Of a stretch of DNA of 64,000 nucleotides, positions 14,779-24,012 are shown one piece after another (the stretch's first letter is position 1; every line of letters begins with the position of its first letter). The notes below the pieces were generated by a model. It was not told the origin of the DNA. It ran no database searches and was given only the letters and a program-made list of their open reading frames with translations. The stretch comes from Bacteroidia bacterium (GTDB lineage Bacteria > Bacteroidota > Bacteroidia > Chitinophagales > Chitinophagaceae), in contig JAUIBA010000017.1 in assembly GCA_030427635.1 (NCBI GenBank), positions 231 to 64,230 of the forward strand, given 5' to 3'. The position numbers and the translations under genes are program-made.

Positions 14779-16218
14779 TCAGAAGAAGATACTGCAAACC
14801 ACTATTGCAGCGATGACGCATATGAGGTCTACCAGGAGCATGGATGATAATGTGTAGCGGGTGTTTTTGACCTTTACGCTACCAAAGTATACTGCTATGA
14901 CATAAAATGTGGTCTCGGCAGAGCACTGGAATACGCTGGATAAACGGCCTGCCAGAGAATCGACACCATATGTCTGCATGGCATCTATCATGAAGCCCCG
15001 TGAACCGCTGGAGCTGAACGGGCGCAGTATGGCTACGGGCAGCGCATCAACAATACCCTTATCTACATGCATGAGCAGGAATACTTTAGCCAGCCCTCCT
15101 GATATAATTTCAAATACACCACTATTGCGGAACAGTGAGATAGCAACAAGCATACCCAGTATATAGGGGAATATGGTGATACCCGTCTGCAAGCCGGATG
15201 ATACCCCATCTACAAAGGATGAGAACACGTTTTTGCCCTGTGCGGCAAATACCTTTTCATGGAATGCAGCATAAATAAGTATGCCCAGAATAATAGACAG
15301 CAGAATAACATTGGAAACATTGCCTGTAAAGTGATTCTTCTCTGCTATTCCCAGCCCGGTTACATACCACATGAGGCCAGCCAGCACGCCCATTATGCCT
15401 CCAATGGCCAGTAGTAAGGTAGCGCTCCTGAAATTGATACGCTGGCGGATACCTACTATAATAAGCGCTGCGAGTGTACCTATAAATGAAGTGATGATAC
15501 AAGGCAGCATAACATCGGCCGGGTTTTCTGCATTCTGCGCAGCCCTGTAGCCTATGATAGATGTAGGTATAAGTGTGAGGCCTGCTGCATGCAGGCACAG
15601 AAACATTATCTGTGCATTACTGGCCCTTTCCTTGTCGGGATTGAGCTCCTGCAGGCTCTCCATAGCCTTGAGGCCAAAGGGTGTAGCGGCAGAGTCCAGC
15701 CCCAGAAAGTTAGCTGCGAAATTGAGTGTCATGTAAGAAATGGCCGGGTGGCGCTCCGGCACCTCGGGGAATATCTTCACAAATACGGGACTAAGCCTGC
15801 GGGCCAGTTTTTCGGATGCGCCAGAGTCTATGAGCAGCTGCAGTATACCACAGAAGAATGACAGATAAGCTATGAGTGGTAACAGAAGATCAAATATAGC
15901 GCTGCGGCAGGTAGGCAGTACACCATCGGCAGCCTGACGGCCGGCGGTCACCTTCACTACACCGTGCTGCAATGTATAGACCGTATCTTCCTTTGCGGTG
16001 CGGCCATGAATGGTATAGCTATGCGATGCTGATGCATTAATACTATCGGCCATGGAGGGTGAGAGGTCTTTTACATACAACTCCTTTATTACATAGGCGT
16101 CGTCCTTCTTACCATTTACCACATAATCGATAGAATAGGTATTGCCCACGGCCAGCATACCGAGAATATAGACTACCGATATTGTTATTATTACCAGCCA
16201 GAACCTACTAAGAACCAT
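14779..16218 (-). CDS. SpmA/SpmB fusion, nucleoside-recognition (Gate) membrane protein
   Basis: ANFLGLDSAATPFGLKAMESLQELN and RPFSSSG...AETTFYVIAVYFGSV motifs. Confidence 0.92.
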   Translation of the reverse strand: MVLSRFWLVIITISVVYILGMLAVGNTYSIDYVVNGKKDDAYVIKELYVKDLSPSMADSINASASHSYTIHGRTAKEDTVYTLQHGVVKVTAGRQAADGVLPTCRSAIFDLLLPLIAYLSFFCGILQLLIDSGASEKLARRLSPVFVKIFPEVPERHPAISYMTLNFAANFLGLDSAATPFGLKAMESLQELNPDKERASNAQIMFLCLHAAGLTLIPTSIIGYRAAQNAENPADVMLPCIITSFIGTLAALIIVGIRQRINFRSATLLLAIGGIMGVLAGLMWYVTGLGIAEKNHFTGNVSNVILLSIILGILIYAAFHEKVFAAQGKNVFSSFVDGVSSGLQTGITIFPYILGMLVAISLFRNSGVFEIISGGLAKVFLLMHVDKGIVDALPVAILRPFSSSGSRGFMIDAMQTYGVDSLAGRLSSVFQCSAETTFYVIAVYFGSVKVKNTRYTLSSMLLVDLICVIAAIVVCSIFF

Positions 16219-16268
16219 TTTCTAATATTTCAGACAGTATGAATATAATAAGTATAATGTAACCCTGC

Positions 16269-17663
16269 TTACTGACCCGGAGCAGGCAGCCCTTCTACCG
16301 GGAACTCTACCAGCCAGCGGCCTTCCCGCTTCACAAGATACAGTTTCTGCACCCGCCTGCGATTGTCAGAGAGGGTATATGTTACAACAGCCTTGTCGCC
16401 ACTTACGACGCAGTCAGAGATACCTACGATAAGTCCCATCATCTCCTGCCGCGATGAATCAGATATCATATCAGTAAGATCGGCAAACTGGTCCATGAGA
16501 ATGCCGGTTTCTTTGGTAGCATTGCGGGAGGCTTCGTAATAATCCATATGATAGAAGCCGGTGAGCCATTTATACGCTATTCTTTCCGGACTGTTAATGT
16601 CGGTTTTAACGCTATAACGCGCGCTGGTTCGGGCAAAGTATCTGATAAAATAGTCCACAGCCACATGCTCATATTCTGCGGGGATGACCATTTGCCCCTC
16701 TTTGTTGATGAACCCATATTTACCATCTACCTGTACCAGCGCCAGACCATTTTCAAACCCAAAAGCGAAATCGTAAGTGGCTGGTATCACAAATTTGCCA
16801 AAGCCATTGATGTAGCCCCACTTCTCCCCCAACCTTACTGCTGCCATATCATTATCACTGAAGGGGTATGCATCGGCAAACCTGATGGGAATAACCGTAC
16901 GCCCTTCCTTATTTATCCAGCCCCACTTATCGCCCTCCTTTACCAGGAAAAGGCCTCCATCCACATCTATATCGTTGTACCGGGGTGGGATAACTGCATG
17001 GCCCTTATGGTCAATAACTGCCCAGCGACCACGCAGCATGACCTTTGCCAGTCCGTTCATAAACGGGTGTGCATTATTATATACCGGCTCCAGCGCTGTT
17101 TTGCCATTTTCGTCAATATAGCCCCAGTAGCCGTTAGGCCCCATTACTGCACACAGTCCTTCAGAAAAATAACTAACGGCAGCATGTGCAGGCGCTATTA
17201 CGGTCTGCCCATCACGGTCCACGAAACCCCAGATTTCTCCTGTTTTATCCAGCACGCTGTATGCAGCCAGCCCCTCACTGAAATTCTCTACACTCTGCAC
17301 ATCGGGCAAGGAGAATAGCCTGATGCCGTTTTTATCTATAGCCTCGGGAGCTGCACCATCACGTACCACAAATGCTACTCCCTCACTAAAGGATGTAGCA
17401 TAACTGTATATGGGCTTTATAACATACCGGCCAGCGTTATCTATGTATCCCCACCTCATGGGATTGCCTATGGCTACAGCAGCTACACCACCTGAAAAAC
17501 AACTAGCCCTGCTGAAGATAAAAGGTATCTCATCACTGCCCAGCCTGGTGACATAGCCGTATGCCCCCCCCTGTTTCAGAGGCAGCAAAGCAGTGCTTAC
17601 CTCATCGCCAGGGTGACATGAGGCCAGCAATACCAGTATCAGCAGTAAGTACAGTCTGTTCAT
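16269..17663 (-). CDS. WG-repeat lipoprotein with a C-terminal DUF4878-like domain
   Basis: Lipobox LLASC and multiple W/YGYID..G...I repeats. The C-terminus aligns with the upstream lipoprotein. Confidence 0.88.
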   Translation of the reverse strand: MNRLYLLLILVLLASCHPGDEVSTALLPLKQGGAYGYVTRLGSDEIPFIFSRASCFSGGVAAVAIGNPMRWGYIDNAGRYVIKPIYSYATSFSEGVAFVVRDGAAPEAIDKNGIRLFSLPDVQSVENFSEGLAAYSVLDKTGEIWGFVDRDGQTVIAPAHAAVSYFSEGLCAVMGPNGYWGYIDENGKTALEPVYNNAHPFMNGLAKVMLRGRWAVIDHKGHAVIPPRYNDIDVDGGLFLVKEGDKWGWINKEGRTVIPIRFADAYPFSDNDMAAVRLGEKWGYINGFGKFVIPATYDFAFGFENGLALVQVDGKYGFINKEGQMVIPAEYEHVAVDYFIRYFARTSARYSVKTDINSPERIAYKWLTGFYHMDYYEASRNATKETGILMDQFADLTDMISDSSRQEMMGLIVGISDCVVSGDKAVVTYTLSDNRRRVQKLYLVKREGRWLVEFPVEGLPAPGQ

Positions 17664-17774
17664 TGACGGGGGGTAATACCAGACCAAAGCACCGGGAGCT
17701 GCGGTTACCTGGAACTTATGAAGATAGGTAAAGATGCGGACAATACATTAACTACCATATAGCGACAGCGGGAG

Positions 17775-18278
17775 TTATTCACCGGCAGTATTATCATCTT
17801 CGCCACTGATAACACCGGGTACACCTGGCGTAATGGATACCGGGCCATATTCCTGCTCAGGCTCAGAAGGGCGGGAACTCATCTCGGCCTGAAGGTCTGC
17901 TTTGGTGAAAGCAACCAGCCATTTGTCGGCCTGGCGTACCAGATTCAGTTTCCGCTCAACGGGATTATCAGAAGTAGTGTATATCACTACCGCTTTATCG
18001 CGCTCTTCCTGTACACTTTTAATAGTGACAGTGATTTTGTCCAGTTCTTTCTGTGTTTTTTCCGGTATCTCACCAGAAAGTGAGCTGAGCGTCTCTATCA
18101 GATTGCGGGTAGCCGGTGTAGACAACTTTATAGCGGGGTCGGCATCCATATGATGAAAAGCGGTAAGCCATGTACGGGCTACCCCTTCGGCAGAATTCTT
18201 ACCGCATCCCGCAAGTACGAATGAAAAAGCAGCGACCAATAATATCCCGAAAACGTTCTTAATCATACCTGATAGCAT
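17775..18278 (-). CDS. DUF4878-like (NTF2-like) lipoprotein
   Basis: Lipobox LAGC and the AEGVARTWLTAF...KAVV...KLNLV...KWLV pattern. Confidence 0.8.
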   Translation of the reverse strand: MLSGMIKNVFGILLVAAFSFVLAGCGKNSAEGVARTWLTAFHHMDADPAIKLSTPATRNLIETLSSLSGEIPEKTQKELDKITVTIKSVQEERDKAVVIYTTSDNPVERKLNLVRQADKWLVAFTKADLQAEMSSRPSEPEQEYGPVSITPGVPGVISGEDDNTAGE

Positions 18279-18295
18279 TGCTCACAAAGTTATTA

Positions 18296-19003
18296 CTAAA
18301 ATCTCACCTGCCAAATGAAGGCTGCATGCGGATTCAGATACAAATCGTCAGTGCCTGCAAAACGGCGGGCATTCAGTGTACTCAATGGCAGGTAGGTACT
18401 ATCGGCCATGAGCCGGGTAATGACCTTGTATACAAACTCGGTACAATACAGCTCATTATCAGTATTAAGGTCGAACAAGGCATCAAATACGGGACGGCGT
18501 GTGCGCCACCTCTGAATAAGCAGGGGCATGCTGTCTTTGATACTATCGGCCATACTGTAACGCACTGCAGCTGCGGCAACATTAGCAGAGGGGGCAAAAA
18601 ACCATGAGGCGGAGTCGCGCCGGATGCAGGGGTGGTTATCTCCCTCTGCGCCCTCACAATGGTATATGAACGGATAGCCATGCTCTACAACCACCAGGCC
18701 GCAATGAGAATAGCTTTTATCCCTCTGATTGAAAGCGGCCAGCATACGGCTGAATGTGCCACGCCCCATACGTAATGCGACATCGCCGGTGCGGAGACTA
18801 TCTATATATTGCCTGGCATCGGGGCCACTCCAGGGTGTAAATACCGATGCCACAGGTGGTTGCGGCTTTCTCTCCTGAGCGTACTTGTACAGGCGTGCGG
18901 CCAGTATCAGCAGCCCAAGCGCCGACAATAACATAACCAGTAACACCGCCATTGCTCTCATAAGCCTGTATGTAACACGAATGGCACACGGGTAGTGTGC
19001 CAT
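18296..19003 (-). CDS. Permuted papain-like NlpC/P60 amidase (YiiX/YebB family)
   Basis: LRTGDVALR, YSHCGLV (His) preceding LYCTEFV (Cys), and an N-terminal TM segment. Confidence 0.88.
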   Translation of the reverse strand: MAHYPCAIRVTYRLMRAMAVLLVMLLSALGLLILAARLYKYAQERKPQPPVASVFTPWSGPDARQYIDSLRTGDVALRMGRGTFSRMLAAFNQRDKSYSHCGLVVVEHGYPFIYHCEGAEGDNHPCIRRDSASWFFAPSANVAAAAVRYSMADSIKDSMPLLIQRWRTRRPVFDALFDLNTDNELYCTEFVYKVITRLMADSTYLPLSTLNARRFAGTDDLYLNPHAAFIWQVRF

Positions 19004-19031
19004 TCCTTCATATTATCTGGTATAATACACA

Positions 19032-20132
19032 TTATACATTGAAACGGAAGTGCATCACATCACCATCATTCACCACGTACTCCTTACCCTCTATGCGCAG
19101 TTTACCATTTTCACGGCAGGCTGCTTCTGACTTAAAGTTTACGTAATCGTTGTATGCTATTACCTCTGCTTTGATAAAACCTTTTTCAAAGTCTGAGTGA
19201 ATGACACCGGCAGCCTGCGGCGCTTTCCAGCCACGGAGGATGGTCCATGCGCGTACTTCCTGCACACCTGCTGTGAAATAAGTAATAAGATTGAGCAGGG
19301 TATAAGTAGAGCGTATGAGACGGTCCAGACCCGGCTCGGTAAGGCCGTACTCACTCAGGAACATTTCTTTATCTTCCTTAGTCTCCAGCTCTGATATCTG
19401 CGCTTCTATACTGTTGTTCATTACTATGACCTGCGCCCCTTCAGCCTCTGCAGCCTTTACCAGCGCTTCAGAGTATTTATTACCTGTAAGCAGTGCCGCC
19501 TCATCTACATTGGCCACATATAATACCGGTTTTTCTGTAAGCAGGAACAAGTCTGCTATTGCCTCGTGGTCTTCTCCTTCCAGCTGCAGGGCACGAATGT
19601 TTTTGCCTTCGCCCAGATGCTCACGGCAGTTTATCAGTACCTCATGGGCACGCTTTGCTTTAGCATCGCCCGCTTTTGCTATTTTTTCTACACGCTGTAT
19701 CTTCTTCTCTACACTCTCCAGGTCTTTGAGCTGCAGCTCAGTATCTATTATCTCCTTATCGCCGATAGGGTTAATAGCACCTTCCTCACGGAGGATGTTA
19801 TCATCTTCAAAGCAGCGTATTACGTGTACGATAGCATCTACCTCACGAATATTGGCAAGAAACTTATTACCCAGACCTTCGCCCTTGCTGGCACCCTTTA
19901 CGAGACCGGCAATATCCACAAACTCAAATGTGGTGGGCAGAATACGCTGTGGCTGTACGAGCTCGGCCAGCTTATCCAGCCTTTCGTCCGGCACATCTAC
20001 CTGTCCTACGTTGGGCTCTATGGTACAGAACCTGTAATTAGATGCCTGAGCTTTTGCGCTATTGCTCACCGCGTTAAACAGTGTTGATTTTCCGACGTTG
20101 GGTAAACCCACTATCCCTGCCTGTAATGCCAT
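19032..20132 (-). CDS. ychF: Redox-regulated ATPase YchF
   Basis: GIVGLPNVGKSTLFN, DIAGLVKGASKGEGLGNKFL and EGKEYVVNDGDVMHFRFNV motifs. Confidence 0.98.
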   Translation of the reverse strand: MALQAGIVGLPNVGKSTLFNAVSNSAKAQASNYRFCTIEPNVGQVDVPDERLDKLAELVQPQRILPTTFEFVDIAGLVKGASKGEGLGNKFLANIREVDAIVHVIRCFEDDNILREEGAINPIGDKEIIDTELQLKDLESVEKKIQRVEKIAKAGDAKAKRAHEVLINCREHLGEGKNIRALQLEGEDHEAIADLFLLTEKPVLYVANVDEAALLTGNKYSEALVKAAEAEGAQVIVMNNSIEAQISELETKEDKEMFLSEYGLTEPGLDRLIRSTYTLLNLITYFTAGVQEVRAWTILRGWKAPQAAGVIHSDFEKGFIKAEVIAYNDYVNFKSEAACRENGKLRIEGKEYVVNDGDVMHFRFNV

Positions 20133-20562
20133 TATACTTTAGAGATTTTGAAATTTTGCGCAAAGGTAATGTTTCACGGTGAGGATTAGGTATGAACCGT
20201 GTTTCGTGATGCTGTTTACACCCTACACACATACGAAACATGAATAATGAATGTGTTTTATATCAAAGATTGCCACATATAGTGTACCGTGTAAGAACAC
20301 CTCATTATACGCAAGTATTCCTATTACCCAATCGGTATCCGGTGCATTTTTAAAGCCCTTTTCTGTGATAAAAGCGTCAACATCCCAACAGGACGCATGA
20401 GTAGAAAATCACTATCTGAAAACAAATAACAAATGATTGAATTTGTTTTTAAATAAACATGACAGACATGTATAGTAAACCTAAAACCATGCAGATACAC
20501 TTTATTTATAACAACAAAAAATTTTTATATCAAACAAATCGGAGGACATTGCGCGCCGTTTT

Positions 20563-21159
20563 ATGGAAGCGCAATTTGAGGAGCTGATAGAGAGCTTCAT
20601 TACCGGTAAGGTAGGCCAATCGGGCACGTTCATCAACCAGCAGTTATCTGCTGCACTTGTGCAGAATATTATGGCACATAAAGAACGGGGCGTACTGAAA
20701 ACAGCCGGCATCGGCAGCGCTACACAACACACCCATGCTACCAGCATACGCAGTGATAAAACGCTATGGCTGAAGGAAGACACTGACAATGATGCGGAAA
20801 AAGAGTTTCTGGATATCATAGCCCGCTTCATAGCCTATCTGAACCGCACCTGCTATACGGGCATCAACGCCTGCGAGTTTCACTACACACTTTATGAGCC
20901 AGGAGCATTCTATGCACGGCATAAAGACCAGTTCAGAAATAATAACAGCCGCAAGTTTTCTATGATTAACTATCTGAACGACAACTGGATGGCTGCCGAT
21001 GGCGGGCAACTCATTATATACCATGATGACCGGGATGCCCAGCATATACTGCCGGAAAACGGGAAAACGGTTTTCTTTCAGAGTGATGCGCTGGACCATG
21101 AGGTAGCGGTAGCACACCGCCCGCGTATGAGTATAACCGGATGGCTGAAAAAGGTATAA
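20563..21159 (+). CDS. 2OG-Fe(II) oxygenase (EGLN/SM-20-like)
   Basis: YARHKDQF (HxD), HEV, and RMSITGW. Confidence 0.9.
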   Translation: MEAQFEELIESFITGKVGQSGTFINQQLSAALVQNIMAHKERGVLKTAGIGSATQHTHATSIRSDKTLWLKEDTDNDAEKEFLDIIARFIAYLNRTCYTGINACEFHYTLYEPGAFYARHKDQFRNNNSRKFSMINYLNDNWMAADGGQLIIYHDDRDAQHILPENGKTVFFQSDALDHEVAVAHRPRMSITGWLKKV

Positions 21160-21167
21160 GCACCGCA

Positions 21168-21920
21168 TCAGCCAGCGGCAGGTGAGACGATTTCCTGCCG
21201 GGCAATTCTGATAACGTGTATCCTGTCCAGAAACCATATAACGGGATATACAGGGTCTATCTCAAACCATCTTTTGCCAAAATTGGCCGATGAGGGGTAT
21301 TTGTGGTGATTGTTATGGTAGGACTCCCCGAGCATGAGCACATCTACAAAAAAGAGATTCATAGAAGTGTTTTTCAGTTTAAAGTTTATATAGCCGTATT
21401 TGTGTGCAAACCAATTGATAACCGCACCATGAAATGCGCCCATAATAATAATTACCGGCAGCAACAGATATAGCCATGCACTATGGGCGAACAGCAGGAA
21501 GAACACTACATATATAGCCACCCATAAATGCCGGGAAAACCGTCCATTAGCAAAACGATCGAAAGATGCCCATTCGGGCACATTCTTCGTAAAGCGGCTC
21601 TCTACTTCTATACGACCATGAAATATATCCTGATAATAGCGTCTTGTGCGCCACATCATAGCAAATACATTGGGAGAGAATGATGGAGAGTGGGGGTCTT
21701 TATCGGTATCGGTATAGGCATGGTGCAGCCTGTGCATTATGGCATAGGTGCGGGGACTCATATAGGAAGAGCCCTGTGTTATGTATGCCAGGATAAAGAA
21801 AAAGCGCTCCCATCCTTTACTCATAGTAAAGGCACCATGAGCAGCATACCTGTGCTGAAAAAATGTCTGAGAAAAAAGTGACGCATACCATATGGTCACG
21901 AAAAAAATGAATACTATCAT
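21168..21920 (-). CDS. Acyl-CoA (delta-9-type) fatty acid desaturase
   Basis: His boxes HRYAAH, HRLHH and HNNHH. Confidence 0.93.
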   Translation of the reverse strand: MIVFIFFVTIWYASLFSQTFFQHRYAAHGAFTMSKGWERFFFILAYITQGSSYMSPRTYAIMHRLHHAYTDTDKDPHSPSFSPNVFAMMWRTRRYYQDIFHGRIEVESRFTKNVPEWASFDRFANGRFSRHLWVAIYVVFFLLFAHSAWLYLLLPVIIIMGAFHGAVINWFAHKYGYINFKLKNTSMNLFFVDVLMLGESYHNNHHKYPSSANFGKRWFEIDPVYPVIWFLDRIHVIRIARQEIVSPAAG

Positions 21921-22080
21921 CGGAAACTGAGATGTAAATAGAAAAGGCGGGAAATGAATCTCAATGTCCTGAGAGAAAGAAATTAATACAGCAGCGCTAT
22001 CTCTACGATTAGTAATAAAGATACGGGGACAGATGTTAACGTGAATAGAAATATGTGTAGGGTGCTATAAAAGCAGGCAC

Positions 22081-23040
22081 CTACGGGGCATCATGTTCCT
22101 GCTTTTTAGTGATATTAATATCCATCTCAGGTACACCCACCAACTGGAATGTAGCTGATGCAAACTTAACGCGACCACCTGTAGCATCTACTTCGTGTAG
22201 CAAACGTGTGAAAAGCGCGGTTTTAACAGAGCGTCTGCGCTTATAGTTTACCACATAGCGCAGTGTGTACTCCACCCAATTGTCATTGGCCACGAGCGAC
22301 ACCATAGGAGCCGTCTGTGCTTCTTCCAGCCGGTATTTGTACTGCAGGGCATGCCACTTCTCGGTGGATTTATCGGAATGGTCGCCGGCTATTTCCTGCC
22401 CTACCTTCTCTATGAGTGCTGTAGCCATTTCATAATCGCTGCCGTACTGGATGGGTATCTTAATCTCGTCCCACAAAAAAGGGAAATCGCCGGAGTAATT
22501 AAAAACGGGCTCTTTGAACACGAAACTATTGGCTATGAGTACGATGCGCCCGTTGTACAGGTCTCCGTCCACCCACTGGCCGGTTTCCATAATGGTGGTA
22601 CGCAGTACGCCTATATCCATTACATCGCCCTTTATGCCACCCAACTGCACCCTATCGCCCGGCTTGTAGAAGCCACCAAAGAGGATAGCCAGCCAGCCAG
22701 CGAAAGATGCAATGACCTCCTGCAGGGCAAATGCAATACCCGCACCTGCTACCCCGAGCGCTACGGTAAAACCACCTATCTTATCGCTATAGACGACGGC
22801 AATGAGAATGATGGCAAAAATGTACCCGGCAGAGCCTGTAAACTTTTTAGCCCGGTAGCGGTTGTCATTGTCATGTATCTTAATGAGCAGGCTTTTCTGT
22901 ATGCCTTTTACTATAAGCCATATAACAGTGAGGCCTATAGATATGATGATAATCCTACCTACTACGGGATGGGACCATATTTCTGAAATTTGCTGCTGCA
23001 GACTATCCACTATATAACTATTGCCGGGGCAAGAAGCCAC
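22081..23040 (-). CDS. MscS-family mechanosensitive channel
   Basis: GAGIAFALQE...GDRVQLGGIKGDVMDIGVLRTT. The start is uncertain. Confidence 0.92.
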   Translation of the reverse strand: MASCPGNSYIVDSLQQQISEIWSHPVVGRIIIISIGLTVIWLIVKGIQKSLLIKIHDNDNRYRAKKFTGSAGYIFAIILIAVVYSDKIGGFTVALGVAGAGIAFALQEVIASFAGWLAILFGGFYKPGDRVQLGGIKGDVMDIGVLRTTIMETGQWVDGDLYNGRIVLIANSFVFKEPVFNYSGDFPFLWDEIKIPIQYGSDYEMATALIEKVGQEIAGDHSDKSTEKWHALQYKYRLEEAQTAPMVSLVANDNWVEYTLRYVVNYKRRRSVKTALFTRLLHEVDATGGRVKFASATFQLVGVPEMDINITKKQEHDAP

Positions 23041-23237
23041 TTATTATATAATACAGGCCGGATAACCGGACACTTTATGCACTACAAGTTACGATAGTTT
23101 CATTTGGGACGGGCTGATTGTGAGCAGGAGGGGTGTGATTGTGAAAAGAATCGCCTCATCTTATACCCCAATGAGCCATACCTGCATATAAAGGATTACA
23201 TAGCAGCTAGCCGCATTCTGCTTACCTTTAGGCTACT

Positions 23238-24011
23238 ATGTCATATAATAATTCGCTGGAGCGGCTGCGGCGCATCATGGATGAGCTGCGTGAGCAGTGC
23301 CCGTGGGACAAGAAACAAACTATACATACCCTGCGCCCCCAAACGCTGGAAGAGGTTTATGAGCTGACGGATGCCATATCGAACGAGAACTGGCAGGGAC
23401 TGAAGGAAGAGCTGGGCGATATGCTGCTGCACATAGTATTCTACAGCAAGATAGGGGCAGAGCAGGGGCATTTCAGTATGGATGATGTAATAGAAGGTGT
23501 GTGTAACAAACTGGTGAGCCGCCATCCACACATATACAGCACGGTGAAAATAGAGGATGAGGAGGGTGTGAAGCAGAACTGGGAAAAGCTGAAACTGAAG
23601 GAAGGAAAGAAATCTATACTGGCGGGGGTGCCTGCCTCTATGCCTGCACTGATAAAGGCCCTGAGACTACAGGAAAAGACAAAGACGGTGGGCTTTGAAT
23701 GGGAGAACACGGCACAGGTACGCGACAAGGTAGATGAGGAAGTGGCGGAGCTGTATGAGGCGGTAGCCAGTGGCGAGCAGGATAAGATGGAAGATGAATT
23801 TGGCGATGTGATGTTTGCCCTCATCAACTATGCCCGCTTTATAAAGGTAGACCCGGAACATGCGCTGGAGCGTACCAATCAGAAATTCATAAGACGCTTC
23901 AGGGCACTGGAGGATAAGGCTGCGGCGGCAGGCAAGCACCTGCATGATATGACCCTGTGGGAAATGGATGCATTGTGGAACGAAGTAAAAGCTGAGGAAA
24001 GAAAGGGCTGA
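23238..24011 (+). CDS. mazG: Nucleoside triphosphate pyrophosphohydrolase MazG
   Basis: LREQCPWD, EEVYEL, EELGDMLL and DEFGDVMF motifs in tandem MazG domains. Confidence 0.96.
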   Translation: MSYNNSLERLRRIMDELREQCPWDKKQTIHTLRPQTLEEVYELTDAISNENWQGLKEELGDMLLHIVFYSKIGAEQGHFSMDDVIEGVCNKLVSRHPHIYSTVKIEDEEGVKQNWEKLKLKEGKKSILAGVPASMPALIKALRLQEKTKTVGFEWENTAQVRDKVDEEVAELYEAVASGEQDKMEDEFGDVMFALINYARFIKVDPEHALERTNQKFIRRFRALEDKAAAAGKHLHDMTLWEMDALWNEVKAEERKG

Positions 24012-24012
24012 T

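Noticed and set aside
16548-17318. 256-aa plus-strand ORF
   Set aside because: It is antisense to the WG-repeat lipoprotein, with no motifs.
19315-20087. 240-aa and 173-aa plus-strand ORFs
   Set aside because: They are antisense shadows of ychF, with Ser-rich biased composition.
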